Assembly (NCBI GenBank): GCA_001872315.1
Contig: MNVZ01000026.1
Span: 1 to 55,645 of the forward strand
DNA from: Candidatus Pacearchaeota archaeon CG1_02_39_14
GTDB lineage: Archaea > Nanobdellota > Nanobdellia > Pacearchaeales > GW2011-AR1
DNA length: 55,645 nucleotides
Direction of reading: 5' to 3'
Shown here: in pieces, positions 25,224 through 34,598 of the stretch
How the letters are laid out: every line of letters starts with the position of its first letter
How positions within the stretch are numbered: the first letter of the stretch is position 1
Translations under genes and position numbers: made by a program
Notes under the pieces: model-generated
What the model was told of the DNA's origin: nothing
What the model saw: the letters and a program-made list of their open reading frames with translations, nothing else
Database searches by the model: none

Positions 25224-26438
25224 TTAATTTCTATCCCAGGGATAAGATGCAATCAAAGGAGTTCTTGGCGTAAAAGGGCCTTGGTCTAATTTAAAGCTTG
25301 GAAATGTACCTGATAAAACCATTTCGTCATGTATCTCTTCTGCTAATCTGGGAGCCATTGCAAGCTTTGTAGGAAATACAACGAGAGCATACAATCCTCC
25401 CTCTATTGCCTGCTTAGTCAAGCCTACCCCGCTTGGTCTTTGGCCTTCTGACGTTGCCGGCTCTGCCCTATCGACATCAAAGTATCCTATGCTTGCATCT
25501 TTCGGAAGATTAAATCCTGGCAGCACATTTGCAATCTCACCTCTGACTCTGCTTTCAAACTCGCCTGTCTTGTAGCTGACGCCTGACTCTGCAACGCTTC
25601 CTCCTACCTGCCAGACTTTTCCGTGTTTTCTGGAAGGATGTGTTGTAAAAGTAGCGCTTGTCTTCTGTCCGTCAATACAATGGGCCCAAAAATCTGGAAG
25701 TTCCGGATGTCCTATATATGCCTGCCTTAAAGGCCTTCTTTGCATCTTTGCATCTATTCCAAGCATTCCTGCAAGCCCTTCATTTCCAGAGCCTGCGGCG
25801 AGAACAATGACTTCAGGATGAATGTCAAAAGATTCTTCATTATATTTATCTGTTATTCTTGCATTACCATTTCTGAATTCTATATGCCTGGCGTAAACAA
25901 TTCTGTCCGCAAAAGGAAGGGTTAACCTTTTGAGCAAATTAGCTGACTCTACTGTTCTTTCTCCAATGGAATAAATGCTTCTTGCACTTTCCGCAAGAAA
26001 TGTAGGGGCGTCAATTTTTCTGACTCTTCTCAAAGGAGTTTGTAAAGCAAATCTTGATAATAGTTCAAACGCCAGAGGCCTGATAAACCCTTCGTCGTTA
26101 ACAGACCTGTATAGATAGCATTCGTCTGAACTTTTTACTCCGTCAGACAAGTTAGGAACCCATCCTCCTGAATTAAAATGGTTGTCCCAGACCGCAGGCA
26201 TCTCCTTTAAAGATTTCATTGAACTCCATCTCTTCCTAAATGATGAAACCCCTGCGCTTTCAAAGAGAAGGTATTTTCCCCCTCCGTGAATGATTCCCTG
26301 CGTTGCAATGGTCTGCCCTCTTCCAAGCTCTCCGCTTTCAACAAGCAGGGCATTGTAGCCTTGACTTGAGAGATGATTAAGAGTCCAAAGTCCCGCAACT
26401 CCGCCGCCAAAGATTAAAGCATCAGTTTTATAGTCCAT
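25224..26438 (-). CDS. FAD-dependent oxidoreductase (DAO / glycerol-3-phosphate dehydrogenase-like superfamily)
   Basis: 404 aa. N-terminal dinucleotide fold DALIFGGGVAGLW ... LLVESGELGRGQTIATQGIIHGGGKYL. Confidence 0.7.
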   Translation of the reverse strand: MDYKTDALIFGGGVAGLWTLNHLSSQGYNALLVESGELGRGQTIATQGIIHGGGKYLLFESAGVSSFRKRWSSMKSLKEMPAVWDNHFNSGGWVPNLSDGVKSSDECYLYRSVNDEGFIRPLAFELLSRFALQTPLRRVRKIDAPTFLAESARSIYSIGERTVESANLLKRLTLPFADRIVYARHIEFRNGNARITDKYNEESFDIHPEVIVLAAGSGNEGLAGMLGIDAKMQRRPLRQAYIGHPELPDFWAHCIDGQKTSATFTTHPSRKHGKVWQVGGSVAESGVSYKTGEFESRVRGEIANVLPGFNLPKDASIGYFDVDRAEPATSEGQRPSGVGLTKQAIEGGLYALVVFPTKLAMAPRLAEEIHDEMVLSGTFPSFKLDQGPFTPRTPLIASYPWDRN

Positions 26439-26511
26439 TGTTTCATCTGCAGTAAGACATTTATAAGATTATTGACAATAGATTTATATATTTCAATATG
26501 CTATTTTTGAT

Positions 26512-26787
26512 ATGGGTAGTGTTGTGAAAAGAGACGGGAAAAAACAAGTATTCATGCCTGGAAAAATAAGAAAGGCGATTGAGATGGCTGCTAAAGACAT
26601 CGGAATGCCAATAGCTAAGAGAAAAGAGCTTATTAGAGAGGTCGCAGAGCCTGTAATAAAGCATTATAAGAATAAGAGAACAAGAGCGAGTGCGCTTAGA
26701 AAGGCCGTCCTAGGCAGGATTGACAGAAGGGCTAAGGCCGTTTCTGTTGCCTGGAGAAGGCATGACAGAAAAAAGCATAAGAAATAG
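26512..26787 (+). CDS. Stand-alone ATP-cone domain protein with basic tail
   Basis: 91 aa. VVKRDGKKQVFMPGKIRKAIEMAA matches the ATP-cone N-terminal pattern. TTTATATA (26483-26490) ends 22 nt upstream. Confidence 0.6.
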   Translation: MGSVVKRDGKKQVFMPGKIRKAIEMAAKDIGMPIAKRKELIREVAEPVIKHYKNKRTRASALRKAVLGRIDRRAKAVSVAWRRHDRKKHKK

Positions 26788-26800
26788 GCGTAACAGCAAG

Positions 26801-26809
26801 TTTTATAAA
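26801..26809 (+). promoter_or_regulatory. Candidate TATA box of the rpoH-rpoB-rpoA operon (leadered)
   Basis: TTTTATAAA lies about 75 nt upstream of the rpoH ATG. It does not follow the 22-nt rule, hence lower confidence. Confidence 0.35.
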
Positions 26810-26883
26810 CCCACTTTTACAATCTTCTTTTGTTATCGCTAAGTCATTAAAGCGAAATTGAACCCATTAATCAGCTACATCCC

Positions 26884-27090
26884 ATGCACGTCCTACAACC
26901 AAAACACACGAGATTGAAGCCCGAAGAGGTGAAAGATTTGATTAAGAAATATAATATTGCTCTGTCTCAACTCCCTAAAATTAAAGCTGATGATGCGAGC
27001 GTTCCCGACGGATGTGAAAGGGGAGATGTTCTTAAAATAGAAAGAAAGGTTGAAGATAAAATAAAAGAATACTTTAGGGTAGTAGTATGA
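26884..27090 (+). CDS. rpoH: RNA polymerase subunit H (Rpo5)
   Basis: HVLQPKHTRLKPEEVKDLIKKYNIALSQLPKIKADD ... GDVLKIERK ... YFRVV. Stop overlaps the rpoB start (ATGA). Confidence 0.85.
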   Translation: MHVLQPKHTRLKPEEVKDLIKKYNIALSQLPKIKADDASVPDGCERGDVLKIERKVEDKIKEYFRVVV

Positions 27091-30000
27091 AAGACAAGCA
27101 TTTACTCGTCAAAAAATATCTTGAGCAGCACTCATTGGTTGAGTCTAACATCCGTTCTTTTAATGACTTTATAGAGCACAGGATGCAGCAGATTGTCGAC
27201 GAGATTAATGAAAATATTAATAATGAAGATGTTGAAGTAAAGCTTGGAAAGATAAGAATAGGAAATCCAAATGTAATAGAGGCGGACGGAAGCATCACAA
27301 ACATAACACCTACTGAAGCGAGATTGAGAACCATAACTTATTCTGCCCCTGTTTTTGTCGAGCTCAATGTAACTTACGGAGAGCAGTCGGACAGCGCTGA
27401 AGTTGAAATAGGAAGAATCCCAATCATTGTCAGAAGCTCTGTTTGCAATACAAGCGGGATGAGCAAGAAAGAACTTATGGATAATTACATGGACCCTCTT
27501 GATCCCGGCGGATATTTCATAATCAATGGTAATGAAAGAATAATGATTATGACTGAAGACTTGGCACCAAACCAACCATTTATAGAAAAGGGAAGGCTGG
27601 GACTTACATTAAGGATATTCTCACAGAGAGGACCTTACAGAATACCAACAACTATATCAGAGACAAATGATGGAATTCTTGAAGTTGCATTTAGCAGGTT
27701 GAGAAATGTTCCTGCGATAGTCCTCACAAAGGCACTTGGGTTGACAAAAGAAGCTGACATCGCAAAGAATATCGGTGTTGAGGATGACTGCGTGATTGTA
27801 AATTTCTATGAATATGCAAACATCCAAAATTCAGAGGACGCCCTTCTGTTCATAGCTGAAAAGTCAGGAATCCAGGGAACAAAGAAAGAAGTTCTTGACA
27901 GGGTAAAGCAAAGGATTGACCCTTTCTTCCTGCCTCATATAGGATTGGATAAAAATTCAAGAATAGAAAAAGCGCTAACTTTGTGCAGGCTCCTGAAGCA
28001 GTACCTTAAGTCAAAGGATGACAGCAAGATAAGAACTGACAAAGACCACTATGCAAATAAGAGAGTAAAATTGTCAGGCGACCTTCTTGCCGACCTGTTC
28101 AGAGTCAACCTTAATATTCTTGTTAAGGACATTCAATACTCACTTCAGAAAGTTGTGAAGAGAAAGAAATTCTATTCTATAAAGACCATTGCAAAAAGCA
28201 CGCTGTTCAGCCATAGAATTGAGAGTGCAATAGCGACAGGAAGCTGGATAGGGGAGAGAACAGGCGTTACACAGAATATGCAGAAAAATAATTATCTTGA
28301 TATGCTTTCACATTTGCAGAGAGTTTCTTCTACACTTCCTGGGGAACAGGGAAACTTTATGGCAAGAACCCTTCATCCTACACATTACGGAAGATTCTGT
28401 CCTACTGAAACTCCTGAAGGGACTGAAATTGGGTTGAGAAAGAATCTTGCTATCCTGGCCAGGATTTCAACTGCAATAAAGTTTGATGAAGAGAAGGCAT
28501 TAAAGACTTTTGAGAATGCAGGACTTGACAGGAAGGGAGATGGAAATGCTGATGTCTTTTTCAACGGAAGATTCATAGGTACTGCAAACGACAAAAAAGA
28601 GTTTGCGGAAAAAGCAAGGGCTGCAAGAAGAAAAGGGGAGCTCCCTGGAGATCTAAGCATAAGAAGTTCGGGCACAAGTGGAGAGGTAGTAATATCAACT
28701 GAAATCGGAAGAGTCTTAAGGCCGCTTATTGTCTGTGAAAATGGAAATAGTAGGCTTACTGAAGAGCACATAAGAGGGCTTGAGGAAAATAAGATAACCT
28801 GGCAAGATCTTGTTGACAGTGGAGTTCTTGAGTATATTGATGCAGGAGAAGAGGAAGATGCATTTGTATGCCTTTACCCAGAAACACTTAATGACAAACA
28901 CACTCATCTCGAAATAGATCTTGTCGACCTTTTCGGGCTTATTACCTGTTTGGTTCCTTTCTGTAATCACGACCAGTCATCAAGATTGAACAAAGGAAGC
29001 AAGACTTTGAAGCAGAGCCTTGGAATCTACGCTGCGAATTACCTGACAAGACTTGACACTGATGTTTCTATCCTACACTACCCTCAGAGGCCTTTGGTAA
29101 GAAGCTTCATTTACGACGCTCTTGACATCTATCCTGCAGGACAGAACCTTGTTGTCGCAATAATGCCTTATGAATCATATAATGTTGAAGACGCAATAGT
29201 CCTGAATAAAGCGAGCGTTGACAGAGGTATGGGGAGAAGTACATACTTTAGACCGTACAAGGCGGTCGAGCTTCATTATGCCGGAGGATTGAGAGATGAA
29301 ATTGTTGTACCTGACAAAGATGTTTCAGGATACAGGACAGAGGAATCCTACAGGTTCCTTGAAGATGACGGGATTTCATATCCGGAAGCACAGGTTAAAT
29401 CAGCAGAAGTAATCATCGGAAAAGTCACTCCTCCTAAATTCCTTTCTGAAGCAAAGGATCTTAGCATCCAATCAAAGAAGGAAGGAAGCACGGCCATCAG
29501 GCAGGAAGAGCAGGGAATTGTTGACGCTGTATTTGTCACTGCAGACTCTGAAGGAAACAAGATAGCCCAGGTCAGAGTCAGAGACTTGAGAATTCCAGAG
29601 CCGGGAGACAAATATTCGGCTCCTCACGGACAAAAAGGAGTCATAGGGCTTATTGCAAAAGTTGATGATATTCCATTCACCTCATCAGGTATAAGGCCTG
29701 ACCTTATGTTCAATCCGCATGGAGTTCCAAGCAGAATGAGTATTGGTTACCTTATAGAGCTGATTGCAGGAAAAACTGCTGCTCTTTCAGGACAGATTGT
29801 CGACGGGACTGCATTTTCAGGACAGAAAGTTGAGTATTTTGAAGAACAGCTCCAGAGACTTGGATTCAGCCCAGACGGAAAGGAAACAATGTATAACGGA
29901 GTAACCGGAAAGAAGATGGATGTAAAGATATACATAGGTAACATGTACTATCTAAAACTCAAGTATATGGTGGCAAACAGGTTGCATGCAAGAGCTTCAG

Positions 30001-30338
30001 GAAAAGTTGCGCTATTAACAAGACAACCAATTGAAGGAAGATCAAGAGGAGGAGCATTGAGGCTTGGAGAAATGGAGCAGCAGGCACTTGTAGGGCATGG
30101 AGCGTCATTGCTTTTGAAGGAAAGATATGATTCTGACAAGACAGTTATGTACCTGTGCTCAAAGTGCGGGGGAGTCGGCTTTGAAGATATAATAAGAAAC
30201 AGGGTAGTGTGCTCTGTGTGTGGACACAATGAGGTTCACCCTGTTGAGGTCTCATATGCTTTCAAGCTACTGGTTGATGAGCTGCTTGGGCTTCACATCA
30301 CAACATCATTCGAATTAAAGAATAAATTTGAAAAATGA
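27087..30338 (+). CDS. rpoB: RNA polymerase subunit B (Rpo2), unsplit
   Basis: 1083 aa. GYFIINGNERIMI, PHGQKGVIG, MFNPHGVPSRMSIG, LRLGEMEQ, C-terminal zinc ribbon CSKCGG...CSVCGH. Confidence 0.95.
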   Translation: MKDKHLLVKKYLEQHSLVESNIRSFNDFIEHRMQQIVDEINENINNEDVEVKLGKIRIGNPNVIEADGSITNITPTEARLRTITYSAPVFVELNVTYGEQSDSAEVEIGRIPIIVRSSVCNTSGMSKKELMDNYMDPLDPGGYFIINGNERIMIMTEDLAPNQPFIEKGRLGLTLRIFSQRGPYRIPTTISETNDGILEVAFSRLRNVPAIVLTKALGLTKEADIAKNIGVEDDCVIVNFYEYANIQNSEDALLFIAEKSGIQGTKKEVLDRVKQRIDPFFLPHIGLDKNSRIEKALTLCRLLKQYLKSKDDSKIRTDKDHYANKRVKLSGDLLADLFRVNLNILVKDIQYSLQKVVKRKKFYSIKTIAKSTLFSHRIESAIATGSWIGERTGVTQNMQKNNYLDMLSHLQRVSSTLPGEQGNFMARTLHPTHYGRFCPTETPEGTEIGLRKNLAILARISTAIKFDEEKALKTFENAGLDRKGDGNADVFFNGRFIGTANDKKEFAEKARAARRKGELPGDLSIRSSGTSGEVVISTEIGRVLRPLIVCENGNSRLTEEHIRGLEENKITWQDLVDSGVLEYIDAGEEEDAFVCLYPETLNDKHTHLEIDLVDLFGLITCLVPFCNHDQSSRLNKGSKTLKQSLGIYAANYLTRLDTDVSILHYPQRPLVRSFIYDALDIYPAGQNLVVAIMPYESYNVEDAIVLNKASVDRGMGRSTYFRPYKAVELHYAGGLRDEIVVPDKDVSGYRTEESYRFLEDDGISYPEAQVKSAEVIIGKVTPPKFLSEAKDLSIQSKKEGSTAIRQEEQGIVDAVFVTADSEGNKIAQVRVRDLRIPEPGDKYSAPHGQKGVIGLIAKVDDIPFTSSGIRPDLMFNPHGVPSRMSIGYLIELIAGKTAALSGQIVDGTAFSGQKVEYFEEQLQRLGFSPDGKETMYNGVTGKKMDVKIYIGNMYYLKLKYMVANRLHARASGKVALLTRQPIEGRSRGGALRLGEMEQQALVGHGASLLLKERYDSDKTVMYLCSKCGGVGFEDIIRNRVVCSVCGHNEVHPVEVSYAFKLLVDELLGLHITTSFELKNKFEK

Positions 30339-33300
30339 ACGACAAACATTTTAGAAAACAAGTAAGGGCATTGAGCTTCAGCTTAGTCAGTCCTGAAGTC
30401 ATAAAGAAGCTGAGCTCTGCAAAAATTGTCACTCCTGAACTTTATGATATAGACGGGTTCCCTGTTGATGGTGGGCTTATGGACTTGAGGCTTGGGGCCA
30501 TAGATCCAGGAGTAAGGTGTAGAACCTGTGGAAAGAGAGTGAAAGAATGCCCCGGGCATCCTGGACACATTGAGCTTGCAAGGCCTGTCCTTCACATCAA
30601 ATACATTCCTTTGATTGAATTGTTCATGAGAAGTTTCTGCCAAAACTGTGGAAAGCTGCTTCTTCCTGATGAGAAGCAAAAGCAGTATAATGCAGTTGAA
30701 AGGGCGAAGAAGGCAAGAGATAAGAAGAAGTGCCCTCATTGTGAATATCTGCAGGAAAAAGTGAGGCTGGAGAAACCAAGCTCATTCATGATTGGAAAGA
30801 GAAGAATATTCCCTACTGAAATAAGAGAGCTTCTTGTCAAGATACAGGACTCTGAAATAAAGAAGATAGGAGTCAATACAAAAACATGCAGGCCTGAATG
30901 GGGCATCCTGAGCCAGCTTCTGGTTCCAAGCGTGACTGTAAGAACATCCATCACCCTTGAAACAGGAGAAAGAAGCGAAGATGATTTGACTCACAAACTT
31001 TCTGACATAATAAGAAGCAACCAGAGATTGTGGGAAAACCTTAATGCCGGAGCTCCCGAAGTTATCATTGAAGACCTATGGGATTTGCTGCAGTATCATG
31101 TAACGACTTTCTTTGATAACAATATATCAAGAATTCCCCCTGCAAGACACAGAAGCGGACAGCCTCTGAAAACAATAACCGAAAGGATAAAGGGGAAGGA
31201 AGGAAGAATAAGAAAGAATCTTGCAGGAAAGAGAGTCAATTTCTCGTCCAGAACAGTAATCTCTCCTGATCCATATCTTAAAATAAATGAGGTAGGAGTC
31301 CCTTTTGAGATTGCAAAGATACTTACGGTTCCTGAAATGGTCACTTCACAGAATATTGAAGAATTAAGAAGGCTGATAAGAAAAGGAGAAAACCATCCCG
31401 GCGCAAATTACGTTGTAAGACCTGACGGGAGAAAGAAGAAGATAATTGAAGAGCTTAAGGAAGATTTATGCAATGAGATTGTTCCAGGGTATAGGGTTGA
31501 GAGACATATAAAAGACGGAGATGTTGTGCTTTTCAACAGATATCCTTCTTTGCACAAGAACAGCATAATGGCCCATTATGTGAAGATTCTTCCTGACAGA
31601 ACATTCAGGCTTCATCCTGCTGCAGTCTTCCCTTATAACGCTGACTTCGACGGAGACGAAATGAATATTCATGTGCCTCAAACGGAAGAGGCAAGAGCAG
31701 AAGCAAAAATCCTTCTTGATGTAAAAAATAATATGATTTCACCTAAGAATAATGTTAATCTTATAGGAACAATTGCCGATGCAGTTACAGGGTGCTACAT
31801 ATTAGGAAAGGATGATGTTGAAAAGGGCGAGGCAGACCAGCTTCTTTTCTCAACAGGAATAATAAACAATGTGAAAAAGAAAAAGATGGAAGGGAAAGAG
31901 GTGTTCGAACAGATTCTGCCTAAAGAAGCCAACATAAAGATACCGAAGGATATTCTAGGTGACAATTCTTTTGGCGCTGAAGGAGGAGAAATGATTAAAC
32001 TTATTGATAAGAGTGTTGGAAGAGATGAAGCATTCAATTCCGTTGACAGAGCATTCAAACTTGGGTCAAACTATCTTTCGAGAAAGGGATACACCCTCTC
32101 TGTAAGGGATGTCAATGTTTCTGACAAAATTAAGGAAATGACAAAGCAGATGATTGAGGATGCTGAAAAGAAAACTGAAAAGATTATAAAAGATTCCGAG
32201 GAAGGGAAACTTGAGCCAATTCCTGGAAAGAATATTGATGAATCAAGGGAAGTAAAAATTTCCCAGATATTGAACGAGGTCAGGACGGAGATAGGAAAGA
32301 TTGTGAAAGCACAATTCCCTGCAGACAGCAATGTCAGCAAGATGATTAACCCAGGAGCTGCAGGAAGCATGCTTAATATCACTCAAATCGGATGCTGTGT
32401 AGGCCAGCAATCTTTGTGGAACAAGAGAATCAGCTTCGGATATGCAGGAAGAACATTATCTTTCTTCGATAAGAAGGATATAGGGGCTGAAGCAAGAGGA
32501 TTCATTAAGTCATCTTATTTCGGAGGATTGAGGCCTACTGAATATTTTTTCGGCGCTATAACAGGAAGAGACGGACTGATGGACACTGCTTTGAGAACTC
32601 CAAAATCGGGATACCTGTACAGAAGACTTGTTTCTGCATTGCAGGACTTGAAAGTTGAGTACGATTTGACTGTCAGAGATGCATCTGAAAACATAGTCCA
32701 GTTTATGGCAGCAGGTGACGGGATTGATGTTGCCGGGCTTCACCTGAACCAGAAGATTGCGCCAGGAGAAGCAATCGGCGTTGTTACATCCCAGAGCTTT
32801 GGAGAGGCATCCACGCAGATGGTCCTGAACGTTTTCCACTCTGCAGGTGTTGCGGAAATGCAGGTTACGCAGGGGCTTCCAAGATTAATAGAGATTTTTG
32901 ATGCAAGAAAGAACCCTTCAACTCCTTTGATGGAGATTTACCTTGATAAAGACAATAACAACGAGAAGGATGCGAGAACAATTGCTGAAAAAATAAAAGA
33001 AGTCACCGTTGAAGAGATTGCAAACAGGATAAAGATAGATTTCACAGGCAAAAAAATTGAAATAGAGACGGATAATAATTCATTGAGAAGCGTGCATGCA
33101 GGAATCCAGAAGATTGTTGATAGACTGAATGAAAAGGGATATAGCGCTAAAGCAAACGACATGAAGATAATCTTAAGCACTCCTGACCTTGATTTCAGAG
33201 GGATGTACAAGTTCAAGGAAAAGCTTAGAAAGACAATCATCTCCGGAGTAAGCAAGATTTCACAGGTGGTTGTTGCAAAGAGAGGAAAGGATTATGTCAT

Positions 33301-33772
33301 CCTGACATCCGGAACAAACCTAAGGGATATTCTTGAGATTAAAGGGGTTGACAGGGATAAAGTCACAACAAACGATATTCATGAGACTGCGGATGTCCTT
33401 GGAATTGAAGCCGCAAGACAGACAATAATAGAAGAGATAAATAAAGTTCTTGAGGGGCAGGGACTTGATATCAACGAAAGGCACCTTGAGCTTATTGCAG
33501 ATGCAATGACTTCCTCCGGTGTCGTCAGGGGAGTTACAAGAATGGGAATCATCTCACATAAGAGCAGCGTTTTTGCAAGAGCTGCTTTCGAAACTCCTGA
33601 CAAGCAATTTATCAATGCAACAATACAGGGAAGCAAGGATGCACTTGCATCAGTCATAGAGAATATAATGCTTAACCAGCCTGTTCCCGTCGGTACAGGG
33701 CTTCCAGGACTTCTTGTGAAAGTGACAGGGCCATTGACAAACAAAAAAGTCAAGCAGAAAAAGGAAGAATAG
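30335..33772 (+). CDS. rpoA: RNA polymerase subunit A (Rpo1), A' and A'' regions fused in one 1145-aa ORF
   Basis: Zn motif CRTCGKRVKECPGHPGH, catalytic NADFDGDEMN, bridge helix GAITGRDGLMDTALRTPKSGYLYRRL. About 45 aa later comes the trigger-loop region PGEAIGVVTSQSFGEASTQMVLNVFHSAG, with no stop codon between them. Confidence 0.9.
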   Translation: MNDKHFRKQVRALSFSLVSPEVIKKLSSAKIVTPELYDIDGFPVDGGLMDLRLGAIDPGVRCRTCGKRVKECPGHPGHIELARPVLHIKYIPLIELFMRSFCQNCGKLLLPDEKQKQYNAVERAKKARDKKKCPHCEYLQEKVRLEKPSSFMIGKRRIFPTEIRELLVKIQDSEIKKIGVNTKTCRPEWGILSQLLVPSVTVRTSITLETGERSEDDLTHKLSDIIRSNQRLWENLNAGAPEVIIEDLWDLLQYHVTTFFDNNISRIPPARHRSGQPLKTITERIKGKEGRIRKNLAGKRVNFSSRTVISPDPYLKINEVGVPFEIAKILTVPEMVTSQNIEELRRLIRKGENHPGANYVVRPDGRKKKIIEELKEDLCNEIVPGYRVERHIKDGDVVLFNRYPSLHKNSIMAHYVKILPDRTFRLHPAAVFPYNADFDGDEMNIHVPQTEEARAEAKILLDVKNNMISPKNNVNLIGTIADAVTGCYILGKDDVEKGEADQLLFSTGIINNVKKKKMEGKEVFEQILPKEANIKIPKDILGDNSFGAEGGEMIKLIDKSVGRDEAFNSVDRAFKLGSNYLSRKGYTLSVRDVNVSDKIKEMTKQMIEDAEKKTEKIIKDSEEGKLEPIPGKNIDESREVKISQILNEVRTEIGKIVKAQFPADSNVSKMINPGAAGSMLNITQIGCCVGQQSLWNKRISFGYAGRTLSFFDKKDIGAEARGFIKSSYFGGLRPTEYFFGAITGRDGLMDTALRTPKSGYLYRRLVSALQDLKVEYDLTVRDASENIVQFMAAGDGIDVAGLHLNQKIAPGEAIGVVTSQSFGEASTQMVLNVFHSAGVAEMQVTQGLPRLIEIFDARKNPSTPLMEIYLDKDNNNEKDARTIAEKIKEVTVEEIANRIKIDFTGKKIEIETDNNSLRSVHAGIQKIVDRLNEKGYSAKANDMKIILSTPDLDFRGMYKFKEKLRKTIISGVSKISQVVVAKRGKDYVILTSGTNLRDILEIKGVDRDKVTTNDIHETADVLGIEAARQTIIEEINKVLEGQGLDINERHLELIADAMTSSGVVRGVTRMGIISHKSSVFARAAFETPDKQFINATIQGSKDALASVIENIMLNQPVPVGTGLPGLLVKVTGPLTNKKVKQKKEE

Positions 33773-33811
33773 AAAGTTCTTATTAAATTAAATCCCGGAA
33801 TTAAAGATAAA

Positions 33812-33819
33812 TTTATAAA
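33812..33819 (+). promoter_or_regulatory. TATA box for rpl30e-nusA
   Basis: TTTATAAA ends 25 nt before the ATG at 33844. Confidence 0.45.
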
Positions 33820-33843
33820 CTAACCTAGTACCATAAATAAAAG

Positions 33844-34083
33844 ATGGTAGTCGAACTTAAAAAGTCAATCGACGCTGGAAAGGTGTTCTTTGGGATCAGG
33901 CAGAGTCTGAAAAACTCGGGCAGATTAAAGAGGACTTACATCCCAAGCGATGCAAGAGAAGAGACAATTGAGATGCTGAAAAAAAACAAGATAGAATTTG
34001 ACGTTCTTGAGGTTTCAAAAGAAGAGGCTGCCCAAAAGCTGGAGCTTGATTTTCTTTGTGAAGTTTTTGGTATGAGGAAGTAA
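33844..34083 (+). CDS. rpl30e: Ribosomal protein L30e (short form)
   Basis: 79 aa. GKVFFGIRQSLKN ... IEFDVLEVSKEEAAQKLELDFLCEVFG fits the L30e/L7Ae fold pattern. Sits at the conserved position after rpoA. Confidence 0.65.
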   Translation: MVVELKKSIDAGKVFFGIRQSLKNSGRLKRTYIPSDAREETIEMLKKNKIEFDVLEVSKEEAAQKLELDFLCEVFGMRK

Positions 34084-34087
34084 AATA

Positions 34088-34504
34088 ATGGCAGGAACAA
34101 TAACGATGCAGAAGATGAGATATATCAATTCCCTTAACCAGGTTTCCAGAGTAAGGACAAGCCGGTGCTTTGTATATAATAATACAATATTTTTTGCTGT
34201 TCCAAGAGAATTCGTTTCAAAGGCCATAGGGACCGGAGCAAAGAACATAAGAACGCTCCAGGATATTTTTAGCAAGAGGGTAAAAATAATAATTGAGCCT
34301 GCTGGAAATTATGACGCTGAAAGATTCATAAGAAGCGTTGTTGATCCTGTCCAGTTCAAGTCGCTTGAAGAAAAAGAAGACCATTTTGTCCTGAATGCAG
34401 GGAGCAGAAACAAGGCTGCTTTGATTGGAAGAAATAAGAGAAGGCTGATAGAGTTGAGCCAGATTATGATAGATAATTTTGGAAAGGCGTTAAGGATTGT
34501 TTGA
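34088..34504 (+). CDS. nusA: Archaeal NusA-like protein (two KH domains)
   Basis: 138 aa. KH-type GxxG motifs (AIGTGAKNI, LIGRNKRRL). Sits at the conserved position after rpl30e. Confidence 0.75.
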   Translation: MAGTITMQKMRYINSLNQVSRVRTSRCFVYNNTIFFAVPREFVSKAIGTGAKNIRTLQDIFSKRVKIIIEPAGNYDAERFIRSVVDPVQFKSLEEKEDHFVLNAGSRNKAALIGRNKRRLIELSQIMIDNFGKALRIV

Positions 34505-34569
34505 GAATAAGAATTTCTTTTCCTGTACTTCATCTTGAATAAATGTGTGACTTCCGAGTTATAAAAACA

Positions 34570-34577
34570 TTTAAATA
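34570..34577 (+). promoter_or_regulatory. TATA box for the 34599-35937 two-gene insert
   Basis: TTTAAATA ends 22 nt before the ATG at 34599. Confidence 0.5.
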
Positions 34578-34598
34578 ATACGAACTTCATTATTACTT

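Noticed and set aside
26857-26883. Upstream non-ATG (ATT) start for rpoH to shorten the unusually long leader
   Set aside because: The in-frame upstream stretch has no ATG, GTG or TTG codon, and the extension does not add a recognisable RpoH N-terminal motif. The ATG at 26884 is kept.
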